Assembly: GCA_039545335.1 (NCBI GenBank)
Contig: BCIN01000004.1
Coordinates: forward strand, 300,925-364,924
Source of the DNA: Kondoa subrosea
Lineage: Eukaryota
DNA length: 64,000 nucleotides
Direction of reading: 5' to 3'
Positions 37,120 to 50,280 of this stretch are shown piece by piece (position 1 is the stretch's first letter; each line of letters opens with the position of its first letter). The position numbers and the translations under genes were made by a program. A model generated the notes under the pieces. It ran no database searches, was not told the origin of the DNA, and saw only the letters and a list, made by a program, of their open reading frames with translations.

Positions 37120-37819
37120 CTAAGCTTCAGCTTCCCTTTCCAATTTCTTGAGCGATACTTCTGCTGCCGTAACCATCTGATTTAGCGCAATGAATTGCTC
37201 CGAGATACCGTTGACCTGATGGCGGTCAGCAGGACTACGTGAAAACAGAGTGAAAGACTCACATGCTGATCATACGCATCCAACACCTTTGTCGCTCTTT
37301 CCTCAATCTCATCAAAGACACCCTCCAGATCAGCCACACTCTTCTCCACATCCACTAATTGACCTTTCAATCCATCAACGACTACTAATCGACCTGGTTC
37401 CGTCAAGCCTTGTTTGTCCAAATTATCAATTTCCCTCAATTCTCTCTCGAGCATGACTATTTCATTCTCTGTTTCCATCAGTAGAGTAGCTTGATCCACC
37501 AGTGTAAGGTTCACGTCCATAGAAGCTGGAATAGAGGGTTCTAGTAATGGAGCGTTTTGATCATCTGTTCTCAGTCCATTCAGATGTATTCAAGCAGCCA
37601 TATATTGAAAGGCATACAAGTATCTATGAACCTTTTGAGCGCATCAGAAGCTTGTGTAGCTATTGTACCGCGAAACGAGGAGACCAGGGTTTCATAACGT
37701 TGTGAAAAGGGTGATGAGGCTACAGGCTTGGATGGGACCGCTTGACCGCATATGATAGTAGATAGAGCACGTAGACGTAGACTCAGAGCGAGCAACTCAG
37801 TATCTTCTGGACTAGTCAT
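37120..37819 (-). CDS. Dynactin subunit p24/DCTN3 (RO10)-like coiled-coil protein
   Basis: LSLRLRALSTII at the N-terminus, LKRFIDTYDQNAPLL, and C-terminal VLDAYDQHVNGISEQFIALNQMV, which resembles the DCTN3 C-terminal helix. Confidence 0.65.
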
Positions 37820-39095
37820 GATTGTTGCGTCCCAAGGTGTGCTGGCGCAAATCAGGGATGCGCAAAGTGATCTGAAGTACTTTCAAGCACTGTAACTCTA
37901 TGCATGTATACACAAAGTATTGTTCGTTCATATCTAGCTTACTGAGCGCTCAAAGCTGCTCTCGTTGGGTCTTCTTGGAACCCGACTGAACCCTGACAGA
38001 GTCTCACAGAGAAGAGACGGGCATAGGGAAGCCACATTGAGTGCTCTCTCTTCTGCCGCTGAATACATCAATCGACTTTCCTTCACGAATTGAGTCCTAA
38101 TTTGATCGGTCTCCTTCGTGAAGAGAACAGCTCATGACAGTCAGCAATGCAGAGTAACACAGCAGGCTCCAACTCGAAGCCGTTGCACCTGCAAGGAGCC
38201 CAGACCCGGTAGAAGGCAGAGCAACAGAGCAAGCCAGCCGGCAGAAAAGCAGTGAGCCGCTTGATTGGTTGTAGATAAGGTCCTGCATGTAATGCGAGCA
38301 AAGTGCTCTGTGGACCAACGAGGACAGATAACAAGAGGAGAAGTAAATAGATTTACACTCGATATTGTGACTTTCATGAGCGAAACTCGTGCAGGCTGTT
38401 GATAATGAAAGTATCTGGAGTATTGGCTTGGCAAGGTTGCACAGCTCAAAGTAGCTTAGAGTAAGCGAGTCTGCATCCTCATCGCAAGTTTCGAGGCAGA
38501 AAGAGCCTCGGCGAAGTGATTGTTTCCAGCAGACATGTTTCGAGGAGATTTGCAGATCGGGGTGCGGGTTGGCCAGGTTCGGCCATCTTCATCATCGAAG
38601 CTGTCGTTCTGCCTGCGAGAGCGTTTGTCGTACTCCTTACTGCGGAAAGCAGCCTTCCAGCTTGAACCGCTTGACATTCTCAATTTCTCAATGCCTCATG
38701 CCTTTGAAGTTCGAACTGGATTCACGATAAAGCGAAACTGATAGGAAGCCTAATGCGTACCGTTCTCCAGCGTCCTTGACTAGTCTTTTGATATTGTATG
38801 ACTGTATTGCGTTGTTGTCGAAGCGGTGCTGGTCCCATGCTTTGCGGCCGAGCGAATGCATCCAGCAAGTCCTGCTTTGAAATCCTTCTCTCTCTGCCCA
38901 AGTTGGTAACCTTGACTACTGAATGGGCTTCGTTACGAGAAGCCTAATTAGAAGTACATTCACGTAATTCTTGACCCGGGTTTGAGTTTGGATCGCTTTC
39001 CCACGTTTAACTCTCGCTAACATCTTCACACTTATCCTACTGTCACAACATTGCTATTCTGCTGGTATCACGGGTACCAGGGCAGATTCGTGTCC

Positions 39096-40337
39096 ATGAC
39101 TCCCAAGCGTATGATCTCCCCAAAGTAGCTTCGAACAATTATCTAATCCCCTCTCACAGGCTCTCCTGCTTCTGTTGCTTTTGTATGGTACTATGCCTGT
39201 CTGCTGTGGATGAATAATGACTTCAGAAAGCCAGGCTTGTGATTTCTGCAAACTTCAAAGAAAGCGGGTGTGTCTCTATTTTTCGACACAATAACTCATC
39301 TGACCATTTTTGATACATAGTGTGATCGAGAGAAACCTTGTATGCAGACTCCTAGTCAAGATTTTTGCTTCGCTTACAGATCTATTACCATACAGGCGGT
39401 CGGTGCAGGGAAAAGGGCATTCCGTGTACTGCCTCACCTTCGATCAAAGCAGTAAGCCTCATTGTGGAAGTGTGCGCTGCCTTACTGATTTGTCGTTCAA
39501 AGGCCGTACCGGCAATACTGACACCGAAAGCTCGACAACCAAAACCAGCTTATATACCGACTTCCGAGGAGCTCAGCAGACCTCGCACGCTCAGATCGGG
39601 TGCGATAGTTGGCACTAAGCAACAGGTACCGGTGAAAGTCATATCAGAAGCAAATTCTCTCGCTTCGTCGGTTTCTCCTGTACTTTCAGCTTTGTCTTGC
39701 CTCGATGAGGAGGAAGAAGAAGAACATTCGACAGAAATCGAAGTCGAAGAGCTCGTAGAGATAGATATACCACACGTCACTGCTAAAGGATCTACATCGG
39801 AAGCAGAGCAAGAAATTATCAAACCTGTTTCACCGCTGAATATGGATTTTGATACATCGCAAGAATGGCATCTCACTTATCCACCTCGCAAATCAAGTGT
39901 TTCAAGCTACTCGACTACCTCCTCCGATTATCAATCGCTCGCACCTCATCCATGTCTGGAACAGCTTGAATACACCTATTCTTCCTATTCTTCTTCAAGC
40001 TCTTCAGAACCTGGTTCGGCTTTATCACCTCTCTTTTCGCCTGCTACTAACCAGTCCCCTTTCTTCTGCTTGTCACCTGACTCTACTCTATATGATCATG
40101 CTGGTAATCCCCTCGACAACGGTGAATTGGGTTTTCCGTTTGGCTTGCATAGAAAGGAAGCGTTGGGCTTGCGAATAGATACTGGGAGCTGGTGCGATGA
40201 GTCAACGTCGCATGAAACGAATGAGTGAGTTCCTCCTGTGCTGCATTGTGCCCATCATTGATGGTTCATTCAGTGATCAACAGTACAAGGATTTACAATC
40301 TACTTACGAGCACTACTATGCGCCATCCTATTCGTGA
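39096..40337 (+). CDS. Zn(II)2Cys6 fungal transcription factor
   Basis: Four small 5' exons splice to MTPKRSPASVAFACDFCKLQRKRCDREKPCGRCREKGIPC, followed by an acidic/Ser-rich region. Confidence 0.85.
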
Positions 40338-40625
40338 GATTTGATTGGCTGGAACTTTCTTGACTGCGCGAAGTGAAAGTCGAGGAGATGATTTATGAAG
40401 AAGATACCAAATCAATTGTATAGATAAGCGTGGAACACGAGATGCACGGAATATAAGGAAGTACCTGTGTAGAAATGCTTGAGATACGTAACGTCTGCTC
40501 CAATCGTGCTTTCGACATTTGGGTTGATTAGATCCACCACTGGCCTGATACCTGGCTTGTCCGATGGAGCATACCGAAGACTGCTAAGATATCTCGCGGA
40601 ATAGGCGACTCTTGTGGACAGTAGG

Positions 40626-42662
40626 ATGAACGGAAGCTTTGAAACCCCAAGCGGTATTTGGCATGCGAGAGGCAATGAACTCGGAGGGATTGGCTTTGGA
40701 ATGCTGCCTAAGGAGCCTTCGACACCTTCTGGAGCATCCAAACAGGGCAATCCTCTGTCCAATCCAAACTTCACACCTCCAGCTTCTGCTCCTCCGCTAT
40801 ACAGGTCAAATCTCCAAGTTGTGCACATGAGGATCCCAGTCACGCCAGGAAAGAATTCCAAGTCGCGAGATGCATCAAGTGAGCCGTCCATGGCAGATCT
40901 TAATATTAACACATCCTTCTCCAGTCAAGCGGATGAGTTATCCCCATTACCTGAAACTCCCAAGCGAAGAGGTCTAGTTTCTCTCAACTCTTTCCAATCT
41001 ATGCCTTTGGTACCATCTTTCAGTCAGAAAGATTCAGCAACGCCTGCAGAACCTGCTTTACCTCGACCCAAAGGTGGAATCAAGACTTCTTCCTCTAATT
41101 TCGTACTAAGAGTAGAGAACGTGACGGGCTCACAAAGTCAAACCTTCAAGAATTTGGTCAACATAGCAAATCAAGCGCCTACGAATACGATCTATAATGG
41201 ATTAGCACCTGTTACTCTAGCTTTCTGGACTCAAAGCAAATCCCTACTTTGGTGTGATGTATCGGTACATACTACACCCCTATATACAAATCAAGCTCGC
41301 GTCTCTTTCGCTGTTCCACCTTCCGCAATTAGCTTAAACAAGCAGACGTCTTCTTCATCAGCCATCGATCTCGTTATTGGTTTCCCATCTGGTGATCTGA
41401 TCTGGTTCGATCCAATATGCGGGAAGTATAATCGTCTCAATAAATCAGGTGTTGTCACCACTTCGCCAGTAACAGCATTATCTTGGATTCCCTTATCCTC
41501 TCCATCTACCTCAGGTCAAGGATTATGTTTCGTCTCCTCTCATGCAGATGGAAGTGTCATCACTTGGTCAACAGAAAGAGAAGATCCTCAACCTTCTGTA
41601 CCAGCTGGACAACCACCGCCTTCGTTATTTTCTATTGACCCGTACTCAGATCTGAATGATTTGGTTCATATGATCCAACCTCCTCCAGTAGATGAGAAGA
41701 AGAAGAAACTGAATCCTGTCTATGGGTGGAAAGTGTGCAGGAAACCAATTACGGATTTGGCTTTTGATGAAGAAGGGAATTCTTTAGCTGTAACAGGTGA
41801 AGATGGGAAACTTCGAGTTATAGATTGTATTGCTCAACGGTTAGTTCGTCTTGAAATCGATGGACCAAACACTGACAAAGAGTTCTATAGGATATCGGAT
41901 ACTTATTCTTCCTATTTCGGCGCTCTTACAACAGTCTGTTGGTCACCTGATGGACGTTTTATCCTTACTGGAGGTCAAGATGATTTGATTTCCATTTTCT
42001 CACCTTCCGAACAAAGACTCTTAGCTCGATGTCAAGGTCATGCTAGCTATGTAGGCAATATCAAATTTGAAGAGTTTGGACCGAATACCGCTGGATTGGC
42101 TTCCAATTCAAATGCGGATCTGCGAAGAGGGGCTGCACCTCGATTTGCTAGTGTAGGAGACGATGGTCGTTTAGTCTTGGTGCGAACGACTTCTGTTAAC
42201 CTCCTGTAGTATTGGGCTGAAGGCTGCTACAGTGGGATCTGTCAGGTGCCGCGTTACATAGACCCAAACTACAAGCATCATATCACCAAAGAAGGTTGTC
42301 CTTAGGATCAACATTGTCGCTACATACAACTCTTTCCCGAAAACGAACAACGGATTCAACGAGTCATCTTCCAGATGCAGACGAAGGGAAAACGTTCGGT
42401 GTATGTCATGAAGCTCCGAGTATGAAAGAAGTAGCTGCGCTGCAACCCGTTTCGGTGAGCTTTCTTGCGCTATTTATCACCGGGAGCTGACCAATTACTT
42501 CAGTCCCTGCTCATCTCAGGCGATCTTTTGACTGGTCTTGACTTCATACCTCAAGGATTAATAACAGTCACAAGGCATGGAATGCTCAAAGTGTATCAGA
42601 GACCTGATGGGAGCTCAACCCCGCAAGCTTTGCTCATTAGGGGCAGAAGTCAACGATCTTAA
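40626..42662 (+). CDS. creC: WD40 protein CreC/WDR20
   Basis: IDLVIGFPSGDLIWFDPICGKYNRLNK, SYFGALTTVCWSPDGRFILTGGQDDL, ARCQGHASYV, RFASVGDDGRLVLWD. Confidence 0.92.
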
Positions 42663-42763
42663 AAGGAGAAAGACAATGTACAATGCTAATGTAAAATGCA
42701 ATGATGCTAATAATTGTACAATGGAAGAATAATCAGATGTAAATCATAAGGATGTTTGGGTAT

Positions 42764-45700
42764 TTATGCTAAATCTGAGTCGCACAGTTCACACTTTGTT
42801 CTGCCCTCTGAGTTCACAAAGGTGCACTTAGGACAGGTGTACGGTACGGCCATCTCCACGTCAGATGCTTCTGAGGGAGCTGCAGAGTCTTCCCACCCAG
42901 ACAGTCCAGTCTTGTTGAAGCCTTCTTCTCGAGCAGCAGCTTTGGACTTCTTTGCTCGCAATTTGGTCTGCTGATCGATTGTGTCGTCTAACTTTGTCAA
43001 GTCCAAGTCCTGATCGTCGATTTTGTGGTGGTAGACTTCGAGCCGATCTCCAGGGCAGATGTGAATGCTCGCCATGGTTTCGTCAGTGTCTAATTCGCGC
43101 TCTCTGAAGAACAATCGAGCGTAGAGAGCCGGAATCCTGTGGGCTTGAGCGATGGCGACTTTGATATCCTTGACAGTGTCGAATTTATTGACTGCTCTTG
43201 ATTCAGACTTGTTGGATAGTAGTATTGCGAAAGCGACTTACTCTGGATGTTCGATTCCTTGTATGCCACCCTTCTGTTCTTGGAGCTGCTCGACTTGTTC
43301 TTGTTACGATCGGAACGGCGATGTCCAGTCGATGAGCTCTTCCATGAAGCTTCATCGTCTACGTCGATGGGGATATCTTCAGGACACGGAATCTTGTTGC
43401 CAACTTTATCGAAGTCGTCTTCCGTCAAAATGCGCAATCTTGCTTCTGCACTCGTAAAATCCCGACGTCTGAGCTGTAATGAGCAGAATTTTGTTTCAGA
43501 ACAGAGCTATCTGACCTCTCTTCGATGCAAGCTTCGCACTTTGGCTTCTCGGTGTAGGGGACAGCACCCGGTCCAACCTTGATGACAATCTCGGTTTCAC
43601 AAGGGTAGCTACAGTCCCGTTGTCAGGTCTCTGCTGCATATATACGAACGACGCACAGGTTCTGTAAAACTTCCCATTCTTCGGTGTTGACGATTGTCCA
43701 TTTCGCTCGTTCTGCTCTCTGACTGATATCGATGAGAACGGCGTCATGATCGGGACAAAGGACGTCACGAAAGTCGATACGTCCAGGCCTATCGTGCTGA
43801 ATCGGATCTTGAATCCATTTCCGCCAAGAATCCATCCAGGCTGATACTTCAGTCAGGCTTGTTTCAGCATTAATCCAGCCTAGGCTTACTATTTGGAACA
43901 AGATTGTAATCAGCGCGAATTACTAATGCTTGATCGTCTCGAGACCTCAGAAGAGATCTCAATTCGGCCTATTAAGGAAGGGTTAGTCTATAACCAGTCT
44001 ACGTCAAAGGCAGACGGACCTTCTCTTTCTGAGTTATCCTTTTGGCTTCGTCCGGGTCGATGAGGTCAATATCTCCAGCGCAGTTGTGGCATTTGCGTGT
44101 CTTGTCAGAGAAGGAATGCCAATGTGGAAAGAGGGTTTGCAAAAATTGATAAGCCTTTCAAAGGGTATCAGCAGTCTGCAGTCTCTATCATGGTGAAAGC
44201 GGAACTCACGTCTTCTGGAATAAGCTGCCGGTTCTCTCCACTTGCACTAAGGCCTCCATGCGAGCATTCAACATCGTGCTTCCAGAATTCCGAATTGGGA
44301 GCGGGATCTGAGCCACTGTGTTCACTATGCATGCTTGGTCTGGCTTTGAGCCAATCCTCAAGCCAGACTGAAGAAATCCAACGGCGTTTATCAGGCTTGC
44401 AAGAGGGCTTGAGCTTCTTGTTGAGAGTTGCTGTATCTTGTTTGTGCTTGGCAGCATACGACTTAGCTGCGAACGAATGTACTAATTTAGAGCTACGAGC
44501 AAAGGACATCATCACTACACGCACAAGCAATCGAATCCCAAACACAATCAGCACAGAGGGCGTATTCGACACTGACGGTAGGCAAGACATCGATCTGTGC
44601 AGCTATCAACGTGTCCACGGCAACCTTCGCTACATCAGTCCGTTCTAAACTATCCCTACGAAGAACATACCTCGCTGATCTGCTTACTTTGACCGACTTT
44701 TGAAGGTAGAAGTCTACCGTGTGGACAAATCAAGGAAGTGTTGTCGATCTTGAATGATACAGCTGGCGTATTTTCCATCTCAACATCTTCGCTGTGACCG
44801 TTCTTGCCGTTGACGTGACCGTCCTCCTCCTTTGGCTGTTCATTTGCGTCCAACCTAGAGGTCGAAGCAAGGGCTGTAATTGGAGGAAGATCGCGAACGT
44901 CAGGTAAATCGTCAGAAAAGAGAGAATCATCTGGTTTGGCTTGTGTCTTTTTGTTCTTCGCTTTCTCAGGCTTGCGAAGCGGTCCTTCCATCCAGTCTTT
45001 CAATTGAGCGGCATTGACGAATTGGTCACTGGTCTGAACGTCAGGCACAGATCAGCACCCGAAATACAGACTGGACACCGCACAAACCTTGTCAGGCAAT
45101 TGCCAAAGACTAGCAAGTTCCAGCCTCGCATCTCTAGCAATCTTGAAGTCAGCCTTGACTGCTTCAACTCTGTACGTGTTTTCACGAAGATATCAGCTAG
45201 AGACTAGCGAGAATTTGTGAGACAGTACCTTTTGTTGTACGTCTCAATCTCTTTCTGGAATTCGTCCGATAATTCTTGAACCTTATTCTTTGCAGCAATT
45301 GAAGGTTCACATAAGAAAGTCTTTGGATCGGCAGTAGATGAACGACGAGTGTAGATAAGCATGTAAGCATCTTTGGACTTGATGTCGTTCCTGTGTCGAA
45401 TTCCGGATCAGAGCCACCTTCTATTCCGATTTAAAAACAAGAGAACTCACTCTGCTACTTTAGTCTTATCTTCTTCGTCAGTCGTATCATCAATAGCAAT
45501 GATCTCCTTGTCTTTGTCAACTTTACGCTTCTTCTTTGGCGGTTCTTTGGATACAGCAGCTTGATTCTTTCCAGGCTTGTTGAGTTTCTCCAATGGTTCA
45601 ACACTTTCATCATCGCAGCAGAACCATTCTTGTTGTCTGTAAGATCCTTCAGTATATGTACTTTGACAAGAAGAAGAAAAAAAGGACTCACTGAACATCA

Positions 45701-47300
45701 AATACCCAAGCAGTGTAGTGGCCGTGATGCGCAGAAGTACCTTTGTGAAGAAGGACTCCCTTGAGATCATAGATCAGATCATCAGCATTTCCTGCTGTTG
45801 AAGCTGGACAGAAAGGAGCCATATCTAGCACTTTGGGAAATTTGAGGAAATTGGTCGATTTCTTTCGATCATAAGTTTTCTCGTCGAAAACAAAACGAAG
45901 GAGCGAGAAGTGTAGAACCTGGTGACATAAATCAGCGGACGAATGATATTCCGACTGTTTGACCTACAGCGGGTAGCGATTGGATTTGCACGTAGCGTTC
46001 TGCATCGACTAGCATGTTGCATGGTTCGCATCTATACCTATACGCAACCCAAAAGCTGATGAGCACGATTTGAGCATCAAAGCTTTGCGACGTACTTGTT
46101 ATCGCCTGTGAGTTTCTCGTGTTCAAGCAACGCAGCAATCTGATTCGTCAAGACAGCATTTGGCTGCACGAATCATCACTTCTCAGCCTGCTGACATGGC
46201 AAACTGCAACTGATGCGGTACCTTCAGGTTGATCTCCAGTTCTAAGAAACCGCTAGGACGCTCGCTTTTGTTATTGCAATTCAAGCATTTTGTGCCATAA
46301 ACGATTTGGCCCTCGAACTGCACGACCGCATCAGCATAGAATATCTGAATACGTGACAAAGAAATTACTAAATCGCTGACGAGTGTCTTGACTGTTGGGT
46401 CTTGCTGCTTCTTAAATTCGTTTTGTAATAGACTGAGAAAGAGTTTCCCGAACCTAGGTTCAAGGTCAATCAGCGTTTGATTCAGCGAGTTCAGTAGTAG
46501 CTTACTCTGCTGAATCTTGCTGTTCGCCTTCTTCCAACTTCAAGCTAGAAATCAAGGGTTTTGGATTGAACACACTCGTAGTTCCTTCTTGCAAAGCAGT
46601 GAAAGTAGTTTGCAGTTGAAACAAAGGAGACTCTTCTGGTTTGACTGAAGCTGGGATAACGCATTTATAGACTCCTGCACGGAATTGTAAATGTTGATGC
46701 CATACTTGAAGAAACGAGTTGGCGTAGCAAGTTGCACCAAGGTTCTGCTTATCTTTTCAGTATATACACGACAGCACATAGATCGTAGCAACTAACCCGC
46801 AATCCGACAGGTTTCGAATGATCTCTATCTCGTTCTGAAGGATCTGCAGGTAAACCAACCGCTTTGGAGAACAATTTGAAAGCTTTCTCTTCATCTTCCC
46901 ATTGTTTCTGACCCATGTGATGCAAACAGAGTGGGTCATCGGCACAGCGTTCAGGTGAGCATTGATCCCTCTTTCCGAACGATAGTTTGGTTTGCGTTTC
47001 TTTGCCTTTGCCTTTGTTTTTCCCATAAGTCTGCTGCTTCTTCTTGGACTTGGTAGGGGATTCATCGTCCTCGTCGGCTTCAGATTCTGCATTATTACGA
47101 GAACGTTTCTTTGCAGCAACAGATGATGTTGGCGCTTCCTCATCGTCTACTTCATCAGGAGGAGTACAGATACGACCACCAGCGAGACCATAAGCTTCCT
47201 TAAGATCATTGACAGTGAGATCAGCAGGCGATGTGTATTTGCTTGTATCCTTCAATTTGTCCAGCCAAATATTGAGCGCAAGCTTAGGTTTCGGAGGCAT
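42764..47300 (-). CDS. USP48/UBP26-like ubiquitin-specific protease with DUSP-like repeats, ubiquitin-like region and C-terminal NZF finger
   Basis: N-terminal C..DPLCL, Cys box GLRNLGATCYANSFLQ, QQDSAE, His box GHYTAWVF...WFCCDDE, SKDAYML.Y, CPHG/CSHG/CPDH repeats, and terminal CPKCTFVN...CELC. Confidence 0.88.
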
Positions 47301-47444
47301 CTCGCTCCACCTCTGAACGTTCTGGTATAGCTCTCAGAGAATCGGGTATCACAATGTGCTTGGTTTGAGATCAACTTTGTCGTGCCTCATTAATGAGATG
47401 ACATGGCATTGTTATTTCCTGACTGCCACCTCTCTTTCGCGTCG
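47301..47444. promoter_or_regulatory. Putative bidirectional promoter (144 bp) shared by two deubiquitinase genes
   Basis: Divergent ATGs at 47300 (-) and 47445 (+). Confidence 0.55.
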
Positions 47445-48684
47445 ATGGCTCTCCGTCTCCGCCTCCGTACTCCAGATGGTCAACACACTCTATCAATCCC
47501 AACAAGCTCCTCTGTTCTAGATTTGTTGACTGAAATCTCGCGACTCACTTCTATTGCTTCAAGCGAGATAGAGATCAGAGCAGGTGTACCTAAACCAGAA
47601 TTAATCTCTCTTCCTTCCGATCAAACTCTTCCAGCTTCTAGTCTAGTGCGATCAGGTGATACACTAGTCATCGCTCGCCGTGTCAGAACCGCATCTCCAA
47701 CAAATCAATCTTCTGCTTCTGTTCCTGCATCAATACCTCCTACGGCTCAACCCAGACGTGAAACCGATAGCAAGATAGAAGGAACTTATGAACCTACAGT
47801 AGATGGGAATCTCGTCATACGCGTCGTAAGCTCTTTTCTATACGTGTTACTGAATAGAACGCGAGCTCACATATACAGTAGGTACCGGATGATAATTCTT
47901 GTTTGTTTCGAGCTGCTGGATTGGTCTTATTACCGGAAGAGAAAGATGCAGTGACAATTTTACGGAAAGGTACCTCTTCTCTTCCCTCTATCGTTCGCTT
48001 CTTTGACTAATCCATATGTGTGTATGGATTAGCTGTGGCTGATAAGATCAGATCAGATCCAGAAACTTATTCAGATGCGATCTTGGGCCAATCAAGAGAA
48101 ACTTATATCTCTTCAATACTCAATCCGAAAACTTGGGGTGGTGCGATAGAGTTGTCGATCCTTTCGCAAATCTACGATCAGGAGATCGCAGCTGTTGATA
48201 TAGCTTCTGGAGTATGTGTGCATTCTCTGTTCGAGGAGTGCAAGCTGATAATTAGGAATAGAGGGTGGATAGGTATGGGAACGAAGAACATGGAAGTAGA
48301 GTCCTCATGCTCTATTCTGGAATCCACTACGATGCCTGCACCCTAAGCCCTCTAGTATGTCAAATGTAAGATGGGGAACATGTTTGCTGAAACCTGATTT
48401 GCAGCCTGAAAGCGATTTCGATACAATGGACTTTGACACGCGCTCTTTTCCTGTGTCAGACGAGACAATTATTCCTGCATTGGTCAGATTATCGGCGAAA
48501 CTAAAGGCGAAGAGATATTGTATGCTGCGTCTCGCTCTCAATAGTCCATTCTGACTATAGAGCAGACACGGATACTGCGACTTTCACCTTGAAATGTGAA
48601 ATATGCAAAGTTGGATTGATTGGAGAGAAAGAAGCGACGGCACATGCAAAAAGTACGGGACACGCTAGATTTGGAGAATACTAA
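47445..48684 (+). CDS. OTU1: Ubiquitin thioesterase OTU1/YOD1
   Basis: UBX-like N-terminus, VPDDNSCLF, WGGAIEL, YSGIHYD, and C-terminal C2H2 finger LKCEIC...AHAKSTGHARFGEY*. Confidence 0.95.
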
Positions 48685-48919
48685 AGCAGGTGCAGAAGGG
48701 CCAAATTGGTACAGCACACATTTTTGTATTGATTGCATACACAAGGGCACATAAGCATAGCATATTGAAACTTGTTATTTTCCTCAATCGTTTCTCGATC
48801 AGAACTAGACATTATGTACCCAATTAGCATGTATAGTACATAGCGGAAGGACAAACGCACACCGCCGCCACCTTTTGTGTACATTAGCTAGTCAGTAAGC
48901 AGCCGACGTCAAAGTAGCA

Positions 48920-49898
48920 TCACAAACCAAAATCTCCTCCGCCGCCGAAATCTCCTCCGCCAAAGTCTCCTCCGCCCTGTTCTAGAGTGAGTATCTTAGA
49001 TGGCAAAGAGAAATAAGACCTCACATCGAAACCACCGTCCTGAAGTAGTGGAGAATTCGAAATTTCCCTAATGTTTGAAGCAGAGCACTTACCATTCCGC
49101 CGTCCAACGCGCTGCCAAGCATCATACCTCCCAGTAAGCCCCCTTTTGTTTGCAAACAAATAAGATCAGATATATGCGCGAGCAAGGAAGCGATCGATCA
49201 CTTGCCTCCGAGACCTTTAAAAAGATAGAGTGATCCGTATTAGTGTATTGCCGGATCTTTCGTAGAAGGGAATCCGACCCATTGCTCCGTAACCCATAGG
49301 ACCCATACCTCTGCGCTGATAGCCATACGCAGGTCTTCCATAGGTGTAAGGAGAAGCACCGTAGCCGTATCGACCATACATCTGAGGATTGGCAGCTTGT
49401 TGAGCTCGCATCTGTTCCATCAAAGCTTTCCGTCTTTCCAAGTATGCTTTCTCAGCAGCCAATTGTTGCTGATAACGTCTACGTCTATCTTCTTCTCTTT
49501 GCTCATGAGTGGTTCCAGTCAATTTGTCTTTGATGCGAACACCAAGAGAAGGTTTCTCGGAAGATTGCTGAGATTTGACTGCCGGCCGAGCAGAAGTAGA
49601 TGAGCTTGCAACTTTACGCTGAGCAGCAGCATTGTCTTCAGGGTGTTGCCAAACATCTTCGCGATCTATTCGCGGCAGAAGCGATCAGTACACAACGGTG
49701 ACACTGATGGAACACTCACCAAAGGGATGCTCCCAGATAGAGCGAGGAGGATTGGCTTTCGTGTCGACACTGTACGAACATTTCACTTAGACCATGCGGC
49801 AGAAGACAGAGGTCACAAGCTGACTAGAAGTGATGGCCAGACGCTTGATCGAATTGCCTGATCCAGCCTTCAGGTAGAGGGCGTGACTCATCTTCCAT
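48920..49898 (-). CDS. WW-domain protein with Gly/Tyr-rich tail (Wwm1-like)
   Basis: MEDESRPLPEGWIRQFDQASGHHFYVDTKANPPRSIWEHP, YG/PY-rich repeats, and a GGDFGGGDF C-terminus. Confidence 0.82.
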
Positions 49899-50280
49899 GC
49901 TGCGTCTGCCTTCTTCATCCAGAGGTCTGCGCAAGATAAGCTCTTCAAGCAAGCTATTTCAGGCGAATGCCATACAAGTTCTCTTCCCCTTCAAATGTGG
50001 TCTGGCGAGCCGGCTGCCTGCGATCTTGAGGTCCAGTACCCTGGCTGGCTACAGCGTAGCTAGGCGGGGCGTCAGACATCTTGTTCTTGCTCGTTCGTGA
50101 GGGACTGAGCAAAGCAATAATAATGATAGAGCGTCAATTTCTGAGAGACAATGAAGTGATGACAAATACATAGCAAGACTGATATGGCATATGTGTGCAA
50201 TATGACAGTGTCTATGGTACAATCACACTTTCGGCAATTGCCTCGATTCGGCGCTATCTGTGCAGCTTAGGCGCTGGCCC

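Noticed and set aside
37900..39050. ORFs of 70-100 aa upstream of the Zn2Cys6 gene
   Set aside because: No recognisable domain or transposon hallmark. More likely regulatory or 5' UTR sequence.
42764..47300. Interpreting the USP next to creC as CreB
   Set aside because: Its size, DUSP-like repeats and N-terminal Cys motif fit USP48/UBP26 rather than USP12/46.
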